From positions 86,366,001 through 86,430,000 of the forward strand of contig OX597819.1 in the NCBI GenBank assembly GCA_951406725.2: a DNA stretch of 64,000 bases. The letters are read 5' to 3'. The position numbers and the translations under genes are program-made. Under the pieces are notes generated by a model. The model saw only the letters and a list, made by a program, of their open reading frames with translations, searched no databases and was not told where the DNA came from. This stretch comes from Octopus vulgaris. Taxonomy: Eukaryota. Shown piece by piece: positions 41,300 through 53,989 of the stretch. Numbering within the stretch: position 1 is the first letter of the stretch; every line of letters begins with the position of its first letter.

Positions 41300-42001
41300 G
41301 TAAGTTTTTTTTTCTTTTCTATGGGTCGAGATCAACCAAATACCGAAGGAGTGATTTATTCATCAATACTCTTTCTCTAAAATATGTGGCGTGGTTACCA
41401 AGAGAAATCACTAGTGTTATCTGTACCATTACCTCAGAGAAATACCTTAATTTTAACTGTCTCAGTCCTAGAAAGATACGTTTTTTAATTCTATACCTGT
41501 TTCTCTATAAATCAACAAAACATTGAAGTAAATTAGTCTGAGACGCCATAAATATACTAATTGTCTTAGTTTATTCTGTTTAGGGACTCCTACATGGCTA
41601 CTTTGCAAGTACAGCGAAACCTATGTTTTGGTGAGGAGGTTTGTTACGATCGAAACATATCTAGAGTTGTCTCCCACGCTTGCCATACCTATTAGTATAA
41701 GATCAGTCGTTTAGCTAATAATCTCTCTAATAATCTGCATTAGTATTTCTAAGTAGATTTTTATATGCTCTATATTAAGCATGTTCACTGATAGTCTAGA
41801 ATGTGATTTTCGACAAGGCTCGTAAGTAAATGCAAACACTTTTTTCCCAAGAAAGGAAACGAGAAGTTACGTGAAGTAAAAGTCCTAATCAATCAATATA
41901 GAAAATATGAATAATGAAATAAATAAACAGTGGCCACGGATTAAAATTTATGCTATCAATGAACATTTCTCTCGAGTTTATATTTGACACTATAAAACAC
42001 T

Positions 42002-42104
<103 letters not shown>

Positions 42105-42681
42105 TGTGTGTGTGTATGCGTGTGTGTGGTGTTTTGGATTGTCAAATAGAAATTAGAGAGAAATGTTTGTATATATTCTTTCATCCCTTCATTTATTCTT
42201 TTTTGTTTCAGTCTTTAGGTTGTGGCCATGCGAACATTTATCTCTGATATATATATATATATATAACGAAAGAAATATACTTTGATAAAATTTATTTTAC
42301 CACAGGAAATTCTTATTTTACGACTGTTATATCGTACTTTAATAAACATAGATACATAATTTATTTAATTATATTTTATATATTATTTCATTATATTCTA
42401 TAATAAGTATAATAATTACTTACATATCTGCAATAATATATACACAATCTTTAAGTTAATGCAGATATTAAGCTAGCTCTGCATTTTTGGAACGTTATGG
42501 TAAGAAAGTTTTAACATATATTTCTTTTAACCTGGTGAGCTAGCTTAATATCTGCATTAATTTAAAGATTGTAGACTGTATATTGAAGCAGACATCTAAG
42601 TAATTTATTATCTCTTATGATAAAAGGCAGATTTTCTCTGCCTGTTCCCATGTTCCTTTTTAATACAACTCTACAATATAG

Positions 42682-43116
42682 AATTTCTTCAATTGGAATT
42701 TACCTACGATTTTTACAAGTAGATTCGATTGGGTCATGGCATATAAAGTTTTTTCAATTTGACCTCTAATTAAGCAAAAATTCGAGAAAAGTAAATATTT
42801 TACGATTTGCCTCTCTAATTTCAACTGCTTCACTCCTGCTATTACCATAATTTCTCCTACTTTCTCTTTGCAAGTGTACCTTAAACCACTACTCAAAAAA
42901 AAAAATACAGAGCAAACAGAAACAAATAAATACATAACGATTTACTCCTCACACAATTTCTTCAATTGGAGTTTACCTATGATTTTTCCAAGTACATTCC
43001 ATTCGGTCATGGCATATAAATTTCTTTCAATTTCACCCCCAATTAAGCAAAAATTCGAGAAAACTCAATATTTTACGATTTCCCTCTCTCACTTCAAAGG
43101 TTTTACTCCGCCTATT
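42682..43116. repeat. Diverged direct repeat (~160 bp, offset 273)
   Basis: aatttcttcaattgga...gtcatggcatataaa...aattaagcaaaaattcgagaaaa at 42682 and 42955. Confidence 0.85.
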
Positions 43117-43324
43117 CTCTTTACACACATAGATACGCAAACATATACATATATGACAGTGTCAATTGTTGAAAGAAAATTGTAAGCTAAGGTGTGTGTG
43201 CGTGCGTGTGTGTGTGTGTGTGAGTGTGTGTGTGTCTGTGTGTGTGTGTAGGAAGTGAAGGATAAAAATCTGGCAAGAAGTGGACAGATGTACATATATA
43301 CATACATACATCCATACATACATG

Positions 43325-43355
<31 letters not shown>

Positions 43356-43375
43356 GTATTAATGTGTGTGTGTTA

Positions 43376-45527
43376 TCTCTCTCTATATAAAGCTGAAGTT
43401 GTCTGTGTGCGCCAGGTTTGGTAGCCTTCAACTAACACTATCTCCTCCGAGACCCTGCGGCGCAAGTTGACCAAAATTGAGAGTATGATAGAAGGGTTGC
43501 TCTTCCTTCTGTAGAAGATAAAATTCAAATCGGACCATGTTAACACCAAAAATTATTTACATCAAAAAGGTGCTTTTTTCTATGAAAATCCCTATTTTTT
43601 ACGATTTTTTCACTGCTGTGTCGCCACTTTTCGGTGTATTTCAACCAGAAAAATGTTCACTTGAAGAGAATAACACGATGGCCCACAGACGTGCTCTTGA
43701 GGCACTAGATAGATCTCTCAGAGACATCAAACACTCTTCAGCTCTCATGGGAGGCATAACACTTCTTCTTTCAGGGGACTTCCGACAAACACTTCCCGTT
43801 ATTCCCAAAGGGACTACAGCTGATGCAGTAAGTGCCTGTCTTAAGTCATCCACATTGTGGCCATTGGTGAAGACTCTCAAACTTCACACCAATATGCATG
43901 CTCATATGCGACGTGATATCACATCAGCAGCATTTTCTCACACTCTCCTTGCACTTGGCGAAGGCAAAATACCAGGGGATGAAAATGGTAATATTGCCAT
44001 CGATTCCATTTGTACCATTGTTAAAACGCCTTCTGATCTCAGAGATGCAGTGTTCCCAGATCTACAAGCTAATTATCAGAATATGGATTGGATTGGCCAA
44101 AGGGCTATTCTGGCCCCGAGGAATAAAACTGTTCACCATATTAATGATGAAATGCTAAAACTCATTCCTGGGGATGTCTATGTATATAAGTCTATCGATA
44201 CAATTCCTGACCCAGAGGACGTCATCAACTATCCAATAGAAGTACTCAATTCCTTTGAGCCCCCCGGACTACCACCACACATTCTCAAACTTAAAGTTGG
44301 TGCCCCTATAATGCTCATTAGAAATTTGGTTCCGCCAAAAGAATGCAATGGCACACGTTTCATCGTTAAGTCCTTATCTCCCAATCTGATTGAGGCCACC
44401 ATTATCACAGGGTGCGGTCGAGGCAACGTTGTGCTCATACCTAGGATGCATCTTTTCCCATCAGGAGCAGACCTACCTTTCATATTTCGGAGGTCCCAGT
44501 TCCCAGTAAGGCCATGTTTCGCAATGTCAATTAACAAAGCGCAGGGTCAAACACTGTCTGTGGCGGGAATACATTTGGGAGAGCCATGTTTCTCTCATGG
44601 TCAGCTTTATGTCGGCAGCAACAGTGATGCTTTCGCATTCGTTCCACAACGAAAAACAAAAAAACATTGTGTACAAGGAGGTTTTATAGGATTACTACGT
44701 TTCATCATTTTCGAACATGTTAATATTTCACTTACATACGACTCTCTTTTATGATGGCATTTACATTTTTAGGCGTTTCATGACATTAATTCACACTTAA
44801 CCAACACCTGTCCTTCGCTCACCTCTATTTCTATCCATTCATCATCAAACCACCAACCTCATCTTCTATATCCAACGTACATGACACATCTACCTCCTAC
44901 ATCTACACTCTCACTGTTAAAGTTTACATAAGTGACAACACGATCGCAACAAACATTTTGGAAACTAAGCAACAGATCATTTTATACAACAAATTTAATC
45001 ATAACGCCCATCAATGAAAACATCTCTACCACTGTGTTGTGATTCATCTATTCAGCACTACTACAGTCTTGCCGGTCTGACATATGGTGAGTAGATGCTA
45101 TTGTTCTATATTTTATAAATTATCCATATTTACTTACCCATGCTTCATTCCCTTCTTGCCTACATAGGGCATCCATTCTCTCTTAACACAGCATGAAGTT
45201 TTGTAACAGCACATCCGCTGCCGTTCGTGGAAAATGAAGAGACCCTATTCACCTGCGAACGTTTTACACCGCCTTCCACGACTATCAAATTCTTACAATT
45301 ATGAGAACAATAACATGGCTCTTTTCAAGGCAACCTTACATTCAATTCTTACACCATTCTACGAGGGGTTAGGAACCCCTTTACACGGCTTTCTATACAC
45401 TTACAAATACATTCATTCGCCGTAAACTTATATCAATATTTTCCTGAATAATCATCATAATTCAGTGCAATCATTAACAGTACTTTCAAGCAATTCAGCC
45501 CCGAGCATCGCCGGGCAATTCTGCTAG
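43376..45527 (+). mobile_element. Internally deleted Helitron
   Basis: A|TC start; cccgagcatcgccggg hairpin + CTAG|T end; contains a helicase remnant. Confidence 0.92.
43660..44620 (+). pseudogene. PIF1-family (SF1B) helicase part of Helitron RepHel, truncated; within ORF 43537-44754
   Basis: LLLSGDFRQTLPVI, ILAPRN, GAPIMLIRNL, CNGTR, QFPVRPCFAMSINKAQGQTL, FSHGQLYV are present. Walker A, the Walker B DE and the ALSRV end of motif VI are missing. Confidence 0.92.
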
Positions 45528-45689
45528 TTTATTATGAAATATAATAAAAGAAATTATCTATATATGTTTATTAAGCTGAGAAACAATTGTCGTTAAATAA
45601 GAATTTCCAATGGTAAAATAAGTTTTACAATAGTATGTTTCTCTCTTTATTTCATTTATTTATTTATTTATTTATTTATTTATTTTAAA

Positions 45690-46430
45690 GCATTCGCTCC
45701 TTACAAGGTCCTTATATCACTGAAAACGTAAGAGCTATTACAATAAAATGGACGCTAGACAGAAGTCAATAGGTGACGATGTACATTAGGTTTAAAAGAC
45801 TGGAGGTCATATTGAAGACGAAAACAAGACTGTGGAAGGGAACTCCAAAGTTCAGAGGTGCGAGGGAAGAAACTGGAAAAGTAAAGTGCTTTGCGATACT
45901 TAGGAGGTTGCACAGTATACTGATAAGAACTGAATGCAAGTATAGTTGATAGCTGATAAGTTCTTAAAGGTGGAACCAGAGAAGAGAGATCAGCTGAATA
46001 ATGTCAATAAAAATACAGAAAACGATAATGAAGCCACACGACGACGATGAGAAAGTGAACCCAATATAAAAAAAAGATCAGGACCAATAACATTACAAAT
46101 ACGGCTTTTAGAATGCGATCCAACAGAGTTAAACAATCCACAGGAGCACCTGCTAATATGTAACAACAGTACTCAATGCAGGGGCGAATGGTGGACTTAT
46201 AAAGATAAAGAATATTCTCAGGAGTGAGATAACTCCTTGAATGAAGGAGTGGGCCTACCTTCATTGCAGCCGATTTGGCAAAAGATTCAATGTAAATTCT
46301 CCAATAAAAATCATTAGAGAAAGTCCCTCCTAGGAGACGAAGTGAACGACTCTCAGGTAAGTCAACACCATCCATCGAAATCAATGGCAAGAAAGGATGT
46401 CCAAAACGATTATTGATAATTTTATGCACT
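45690..46430 (-). pseudogene. CR1/Jockey-like LINE ORF2 3' fragment
   Basis: LRLLGGTFSNDFYW..., LYKSTIRPCIEYCC; (TAAA)n tail near 45650-45685. Confidence 0.8.
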
Positions 46431-46562
46431 CCTTAGCCTTTTCTGTTGTATTGTGCCATATATTCTATATGTTTTTTTTCTTGTAGAATGATATATTGAA
46501 GAGCTTTACTCCGAGTACTGCCGGATAAGTTGAATCTATATATTGTGCCTTATATATATATG

Positions 46563-46650
<88 letters not shown>

Positions 46651-46692
46651 CATATATATGTATATATATATATTTAGAGAAAGAGAGAGATA

Positions 46693-46821
<129 letters not shown>

Positions 46822-47202
46822 TTATATAACTTGGTTTAAGAAGAGACAAACTTTAGATAATCATCCTATAGTTATAATTTACATCAACATAATAAATACC
46901 TATAACTCTATAAGTACACCAAGACAAGGAACATATCAATATATTATTTAGAATAGAAATAAGAAATACGTGAAGTAAAAATATACGTGAAAAGGATAAA
47001 TAGATAAAGAGTGATACATCGATTAAAAATCACATTAAATTTAAGATTTAAAAAGTTGAACTAATAATTAAGAATTATAAGATACATCGACGGCAGTGAG
47101 AGATCTTAATGATGAATTTAAAATTCAGAGAAATAATAAGGATAAATTTGTTTTAAGAGTACTAAAGAAATGTCTATAGAGGACTATAGCCCCATACAAG
47201 AT

Positions 47203-47293
47203 TTATTTCGAGGGCTGTTTCTGGAGTCCATTCGTCTACAATGTATGAATCCTTTAATTCTGCACTGATGATATTCCCTTCATCAGGAAATAA
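47203..47293 (-). ncRNA. Hammerhead ribozyme motif in a PLE terminal region
   Basis: Minus: TTATTTC CTGATGA AGGG...TCCA GAAA CAGCCC TC GAAATAA; perfect 7-bp stem I, decayed stem III. Confidence 0.65.
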
Positions 47294-47589
47294 GGAAATA
47301 GATAGCAAAACTTGAAGAAATATAAGGGAAAGGCTAATTTAAGGTTACATTGTGCTGGTCGTCGGCCATTTTTACAATAATTCGCGCTTATATATGCAAA
47401 GAAATTTTTAGTGTAGAATGATAGATCAAAAATATTTTTTGGTGGGGTTAGGCATGATGGAAAAAAAGAAGATTTTAAAAAAATAATTTCTGGGTAATAA
47501 TTAATTACTAATAGAGGACGAAACATAGACTGCTAAATACTTCACTCCCTATATCGCGTCTTATGGAGCTTCTTGGAGGATGAATGAAA

Positions 47590-47760
47590 TTTATGAGTAC
47601 ATGAACGAATGGTATCAGAGAATTTATTTAATGTGCCCGAATTGTAAGATCTAAGGATAATGAACGATTTCCTAATGCATGAATTACATTTGTTCATTAT
47701 AGCATTATAGGGGAGAGCATTTTTTTCCTATCATGCATATGATGATTATCTAAATTTTGC
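47590..47760 (-). pseudogene. Penelope GIY-YIG C-terminal remnant
   Basis: Minus translation ALPYNAIMNKCNSCIRKSFIILRSYNSGTLNKFSDTIRSCTHK fits the PY...C.LC..EK..I...LNKRSE...C.H pattern. Confidence 0.6.
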
Positions 47761-48134
47761 CTTTTCTTACACCAAGTTATATAATGTCTAGCGTCTCGGG
47801 TTTGACCTGAGCATTTTCGAGCAATTGTGTAAAAAAACATTTTTCGAAAGCAAAAACAAGATATATATATATATATATAAGCAAAATAGCTAGTTATAAA
47901 ATCTCAAGAAGAGATAGAGTGGTAACATATACTAAAACAGTAAAGTGAGTAGTCCCATCAAAGTGGCAGTTGAATGTTAGCGATGTATTGTATATAAAGG
48001 GTACAAAGCTTGCAACGAAAACCAGCTGGCGGGGGATCCGCCTGGGGCTAAACTAGTTGTGACATTCAACTGACACAGCAGTGTGCTGTGATGAATCTAC
48101 CAACAAACATACAAAACATCTAACGGTATAAATA

Positions 48135-48223
48135 TTTTCCCCCTGAAGAGATTATGCTCAGAAATATGAACTTAATATTTAATCAACTTCACTGTATGTA
48201 ATTGAAACAGCTGTCAGGGATAA
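48135..48223 (+). ncRNA. Hammerhead ribozyme motif
   Basis: TTTTCCCC CTGAAGA GATTATG...TGTAATT GAAA CAGCTG TC AGGGATAA. Confidence 0.7.
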
Positions 48224-48319
48224 TGATCGATTTGTTGTTGATATAAACTCTTATCAACTTCACAATCGCCATTTTATACTACATACAGACGTCAGTATGT
48301 ACACATACGTATGTATATA

Positions 48320-48384
<65 letters not shown>

Positions 48385-50134
48385 ATTTGTGTGTGTAAGT
48401 ATCTGTGTGTATGCATTTTATAAGTCTTAAAGGAAACTAAATTTAAACGAAAGCTATGTACTTATTTAAAATATGAATATATTCAATCTATAACTTAATA
48501 ACTAAAATTCCACTTCACCACTGTTAGCTATTGTTCACGTAATCAGGTCTCTATACGGAAAGGTCAAATACAAGTTTCTGTTAGTTAGACATCATATAGA
48601 TAAGAAAATGATAATTATAAGTTAGCTATATATCATATTTTAAAACTTTATCTATTTCCTGGCGTAGCGTCCTGTTTCTGATATAATGTCACAGAAATGA
48701 TTAAGTGGAAGACATTCTGATATAATGTCACAGAAATTATTCACCGGAAGACATTGTCGTTGCAGCCAACTGAGAGGCATGGAATGCAAGGGGAGAAGAA
48801 ACTGGGAGGGTAGGTGAGATGTTCGAACTTTTCCCAAAATTAGCAATAAAGTGAAATAGTTCATAAAGTCAGATGTAGACCCAATTCGCTATTGTCCAAC
48901 CACAGTCACTGTTAGACACCTGAATAGAGATAAAATCTATTTTATCTCTTAATTTTCAATAACTATTACGGTTTTTGTAAAATTAGATCAGCTATTTACT
49001 GTAATATGATGTAGCGAAGCCTAGAGTCGAAACTTTACTGCTTTAGTAAGTAAGATCAGACTTCACTTAGATCAGGTAGCGTGTGCTGAATATTAACTAA
49101 TCGGCTTGCAGAATTATCACCTCTTATCATATAATTTTCTATCATGGTCTTGCGCGAACAGAGGTTATAAAATCGCGCTAGAATCAGCGGAAGTTAGAAA
49201 AGATTCCAGGCAAGATAGACGAAGTAATTCTTCAGATCTTTTCAGTTTGGCTATTAATTTTCGAAAATTCAAAAGTTTATTGAAATTTTTAAAATTTGGT
49301 ACATTAATGTAGTTTTCCAAGCTAAATCTCAGGAGATATTTCACAGGCCGGGCAGGGACCTGTATTTAAAAGTATTACTTCGCCTCTAATGTGCTTCTCC
49401 AAGCACGTACCATATCCTTGCTTTTTACCACACAGATAAGTATCCAGGAAATTCTTTGTCATTAACACAACAGGGGCACACATAAGATGCACAAACAACA
49501 AACTCTTTAAACAGTTCGTTCCTTGGTTGCAGCTCAACCTCAGGTTAAAGAAACCGTTGACAATAATAAACAGAATATTTTTTCACATTCTCAAGCGCAG
49601 CTGATCTTTTCTGTAATTAATGTAACAATGAAATGCATTTACTTCTAGCTCATCACAATACACAATGCACTACTGGCAAGCCGCCCTGTAATTATGCAGA
49701 AACAGTGGTATACTTCTGCAAAAATAAATGTTATTTAAACAACGTTGGATTAGCTTAATTTTGTGATGGAATACAGTCTTAACATCACACCAATAAATCA
49801 AAACCCTTTTAACCAAAGCCACAATGATATGTAAAATGAGAACTTTGGTAGAAGCAATATCACAATCCTTTAAATAAACAAAGGATTTGACCATCTCTGG
49901 CATTAAATATTTTCAGTTATTTTACCCAAGTATAGGTTTTTGAATCTAAAATTCTTTTAGGGTTACTCCATCTGAAGGAACCCGAAATTGCACTGATAAG
50001 TACTCTTAGTACTATATTCTGAGAACTCTTGTGTATTCAAGGTTCGTTAATGTTTCTCACATTCTTCCTTCTGTAAAGCAATGAATTACATTATTTACAT
50101 TTGACGGTAATTTGTCCTCATCTTGTTTGTTGTT

Positions 50135-50180
50135 AACACAACGTTTCGGCTGATATACCTTCCAGCCTTCATCAGGTGTC
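50135..50180 (-). ncRNA. Minimal hammerhead ribozyme motif within an inverted duplication (~50087-50289)
   Basis: Minus: GACAC CTGATGA A GGCTG...CAGCC GAAA CG TT GTGTT. Confidence 0.7.
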
Positions 50181-51313
50181 TTGGGGGAAATTTCGAACCT
50201 GGAGGGTACATCAGCCGAAACGTTGTGTTAACAACAAACACGATGAGGGCAAATATCCGTCAAATGAAAATAATGCAAATAATGTACATAATTCCCCATC
50301 TCTTAAATATAGAACAGCAATGAATTAGTTTTGTATTTCAATAGCAAATACTCTGCTACAGATGATAACATTTTTCACCATCATATTCTGCATCATTCAA
50401 CTGCAGCCATACTAGGATACTGCCTTGAAGGATTTTAACCGAATAAATCGCCTACATTACTTTATTTTTTGTTATGTCTGGTACTTATTTTATCGAACTC
50501 CTTTTACTGAACCGCTGGCTTATGGTAACCTAAAGAAACGATGACTGGTTGTCAAGCAGGGCGGGGACGAACACAAACATACACATATATTATACACCAT
50601 CTCACATACACGTATTGTGTGCGAGTGTGTGTTTATATGTATTTGTGTGTGTGTGTGTTCGCGCGCGTGCGTATGTGTGTAACAGTTATATGTTATTGAT
50701 AGCTGTAAAGGATACAGTAGTGATTAGTATTGGTGGCGAGTTAATGAAAGCCTTGTGGGATAAGCACCAAAATGAATTGACAGAAGGAAAAAGTTACTTC
50801 TTACAGATTTTGTTTGTTCCAATTCGTATCACTGGGGACTGTGTACAGAATATATATATATATATATATAGTAAAGTAGTCGATGATAGTAACGTCAAGT
50901 CCCGCACAACTTTTGAGGATATACTTGTGTCAAATATAGGTGTTAGAAAGACATAGGTGCTAGAAAGAGATAGGTGTTATAAAAAGATTTGTTGCTAAAA
51001 AAGTGTTAGACGCATGACGTCTAAGAGCGAAAACGAACCACCCGAACATATTCGGAGAGAGTTCGAATTTATGAATATTGGGAAGCTGAGAGAAGATCGG
51101 GAGGAGAACAAAGAAAATGAATAGGTTTATCTGTGTTAAACTAAATTTCGCCTAGGAACGGCATATGACAGCTGATTCCTATGAATTTCCGAGTACAAAT
51201 TCCGGAAGCATAGGAAAGACGCTTACAGAAAAATTCAGGTTAAGGTTTCAATTTCTAGCTAAGAATTCAAGAAATAACCGTTTCATAAATATAACTATAC
51301 ATACATACATACA

Positions 51314-51363
<50 letters not shown>

Positions 51364-51774
51364 AGTTATAACTAACGAGAGAAATATAGAATGATAACAT
51401 TTATTTAATCATTGGAAATTTTTATAAAACAATTGTTTCACAACTTAATGAAACAAAAATAGTTTATTTTATTATATTTTACAATAAATGAATTACATGT
51501 CTGCATTGACACACACACATGCACGTACATGCATGCACATACACACACACGCGCAATGGGGTTCCACATGGTTTTAAATAACATAACTCATTCTCAAAGC
51601 ACTGGTCGATCCGAAGCTATAGTAGACGACACTTGCCCAAGGTGTTTCATAGTAGGAGTGAACCTGCACACAGAAATGATTTACATGTTACCAAGACACG
51701 TTTTGCCAAACAACTCTGATTCCATGAATAGTAACTGAAAATATATCTAACAAGGGCACTCAAAGAATGTAATC

Positions 51775-52025
51775 AACTAAATCCGTTTGTCTGTCCTTGT
51801 TTGTCCCCTGTGTTTAGCCTCTTGTGGGCAATAAAGAAATAAGAATTGTTAGCATGCTGGACGAAATGCTTAGCGGCATCAGTTCAAATATCACCAAGGT
51901 TGGCTTTGCCTTTCATCCTTTTGGGGGTCAACAAATTAAGTACCAGTGAAACACTGGGGCTGATATAATTGACTAGTCCCTTCTCCCCAAATTTCAGGCC
52001 TTGTGCCATTAGTAGAAAGAATTAT
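51775..52025 (+). mobile_element. Meta-like SINE fragments (tail-body-alternative tail)
   Basis: gtgggcaataaagaaat, then ttgcctttcatccttttggggtc, then caaatttcaggccttgtgcc. Confidence 0.75.
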
Positions 52026-52702
52026 GTATAGTAAATAAATAAATAAATAAATAAAAACACCTGATCACAAAGCTACTTGATGAAGACAGTTTTGTTGTGA
52101 GAATAATTCACTTGTTAACCATCAGTTAAGTGTTGATATAATGATTTCTAACCCTAACTTAGGTTATAAATGTGATAGGGGAACTGGTTAATTGATGAAC
52201 TTGGTACCAGTATTTGAGTGGTACTTTATTTTATTGGGTGAGAGGGAGAGAGAAAATGAGGGAGAAAGAGAGAGAGAAAGCAAAAGTGATTACAGTCATG
52301 TAATCTTTAGTGTAGGAGCTACGACAGAGAATGGAAAGTATATGTTTTATCCATTTTTTAAAAATAATTCTTGTTAAAAGTTATGAGGAGTCTTCATTAT
52401 TTAGTAATTTGTCTTGTTAAATTTTGAACCTAAGATTATAAATTTGAAATGAGAGTAATTTCATATCTAATATTGGTTCTGTTGGTTCCAGCCTTTGGGA
52501 ATATTTCAATGTGCAGAAAAAAAATTCTCGATTTCAATTAAGGAAAGCCTTAGAGAAATGTTTTCCATTCATTCGAACAAAATATATATTTCTATCTAAC
52601 AATATCGCAAAACGCCGCCACAAAAAAATCTAACTGTATTGAAAATTAGTTAATGTTTGATTGTTATATGAGACATGCGTGTCATGCTATTTGTATTTGT
52701 AG

Positions 52703-52845
52703 TTTCAAGTAGCCAGATATTGATTTACTCAATCAGTAGAATTTTGGAAATTAAATATTTAACACCAAGTTATGCAACAGGAAAATTCAATGACAACGAA
52801 GCACTCATTAGAGATTCAAAAGTTAGTTTGGATCAATATGCTTAC
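52703..52845 (+). CDS. Weak candidate coding exon (phase 1-0)
   Basis: tatttgtag acceptor, tac|gtaaga donor, open frame SSSQILIYSISRILEIKYLTPSYATGKFNDNEALIRDSKVSLDQYAY. Confidence 0.35.
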
Positions 52846-53989
52846 GTAAGACATTCATTATTTGTATTGGGAGTCATGGTTCTTCAGTTATAGTCATTGA
52901 TATAGCAGATTATTCTGATTAAATGCAAATACAATACTTTGATTAAATACATTTCCAGAATACAGTCTATGCCTTTTGATTAGGCACTGTATGTCTCATT
53001 TAGACTTAACTGTGTTTTGAATAGGTAGGCTAGTAATTTGCATCTAATTTGATAGATAACCAAGGATTCATTAGCATTTGGATGAAGATGTAATAATTTC
53101 CTACAGTACAATCACTTACATAAATTTTTAGATATGAATCATAAATCTTGTAGTTACAAAAAAAGATTGTTGACAGTTAAATTTCTAAATATTTGTATGA
53201 ATAACAATATGAAGCAAAAGTTTTAGATGTACTACCCTATTTCAGTTTATAAAATGATTATAGCGAAACCCTTTGTGGCAGATGCACACTTCTGGATCAC
53301 CCTATATAAACTAGCTCACTCAGATTCCCCTAACTCATTTTAATTACCTTGCCAAAAGAGTAGAAAATCAGATGTTCAGATAAGCAATCTTGTTCTTTCA
53401 ACCTTGTACATCTCTAATCCTTCTCTTTCAGTATAGATCATCATAATTAGCTTATTAGTTCATTTCATTATTCTATTTCATTACCTATGTAATCATAGTT
53501 TCATCTTCCATGCTGTATGCTTAAAAAAACACCCTTAAGAAACCTTTTGCTCGATCCAATTCTCTCTCTTTCCCCCTCATTTATTATAGTCACTTATTCA
53601 TCTAATTTTGTCACAGATTGGCTGACCGAAAACTCTTGGTTATAGCTCTAGTTGAAATTTTCAAATGCCCAATTCTATCTCACTATTATCATAATATTCT
53701 CTGACACCGGTAACTTGAGTTTCTCTGCTGTTTCGCAGTGCGCCTGCCCTCCCAACCTCACCACCTGTACCAGAAGTCTCTATCCTCTGACCTCTATCGG
53801 GTGTCTTCCATGAACACTTCTAAAGGCTTAATGCCCCCACCTCCCGATTAGGGTTTATCTCCTATGTAAGGTAGCGATCATATAGCACATAAAAATGATG
53901 GTTTGATGTGTGCAGGTTGAAGACTATTGTACATACAAATGTGAGCTTTCTTTTCAGGTTCATGATGCTGCTGTACCTCGTACCAGGGT

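Noticed and set aside
43537-44754. Host PIF1 helicase gene
   Set aside because: Lies between Helitron termini, is intronless, and lacks Walker A/B and the end of motif VI.
49100-50080. Non-repetitive stretch with short ORFs
   Set aside because: No consistent frame, splice pattern or recognisable motif.
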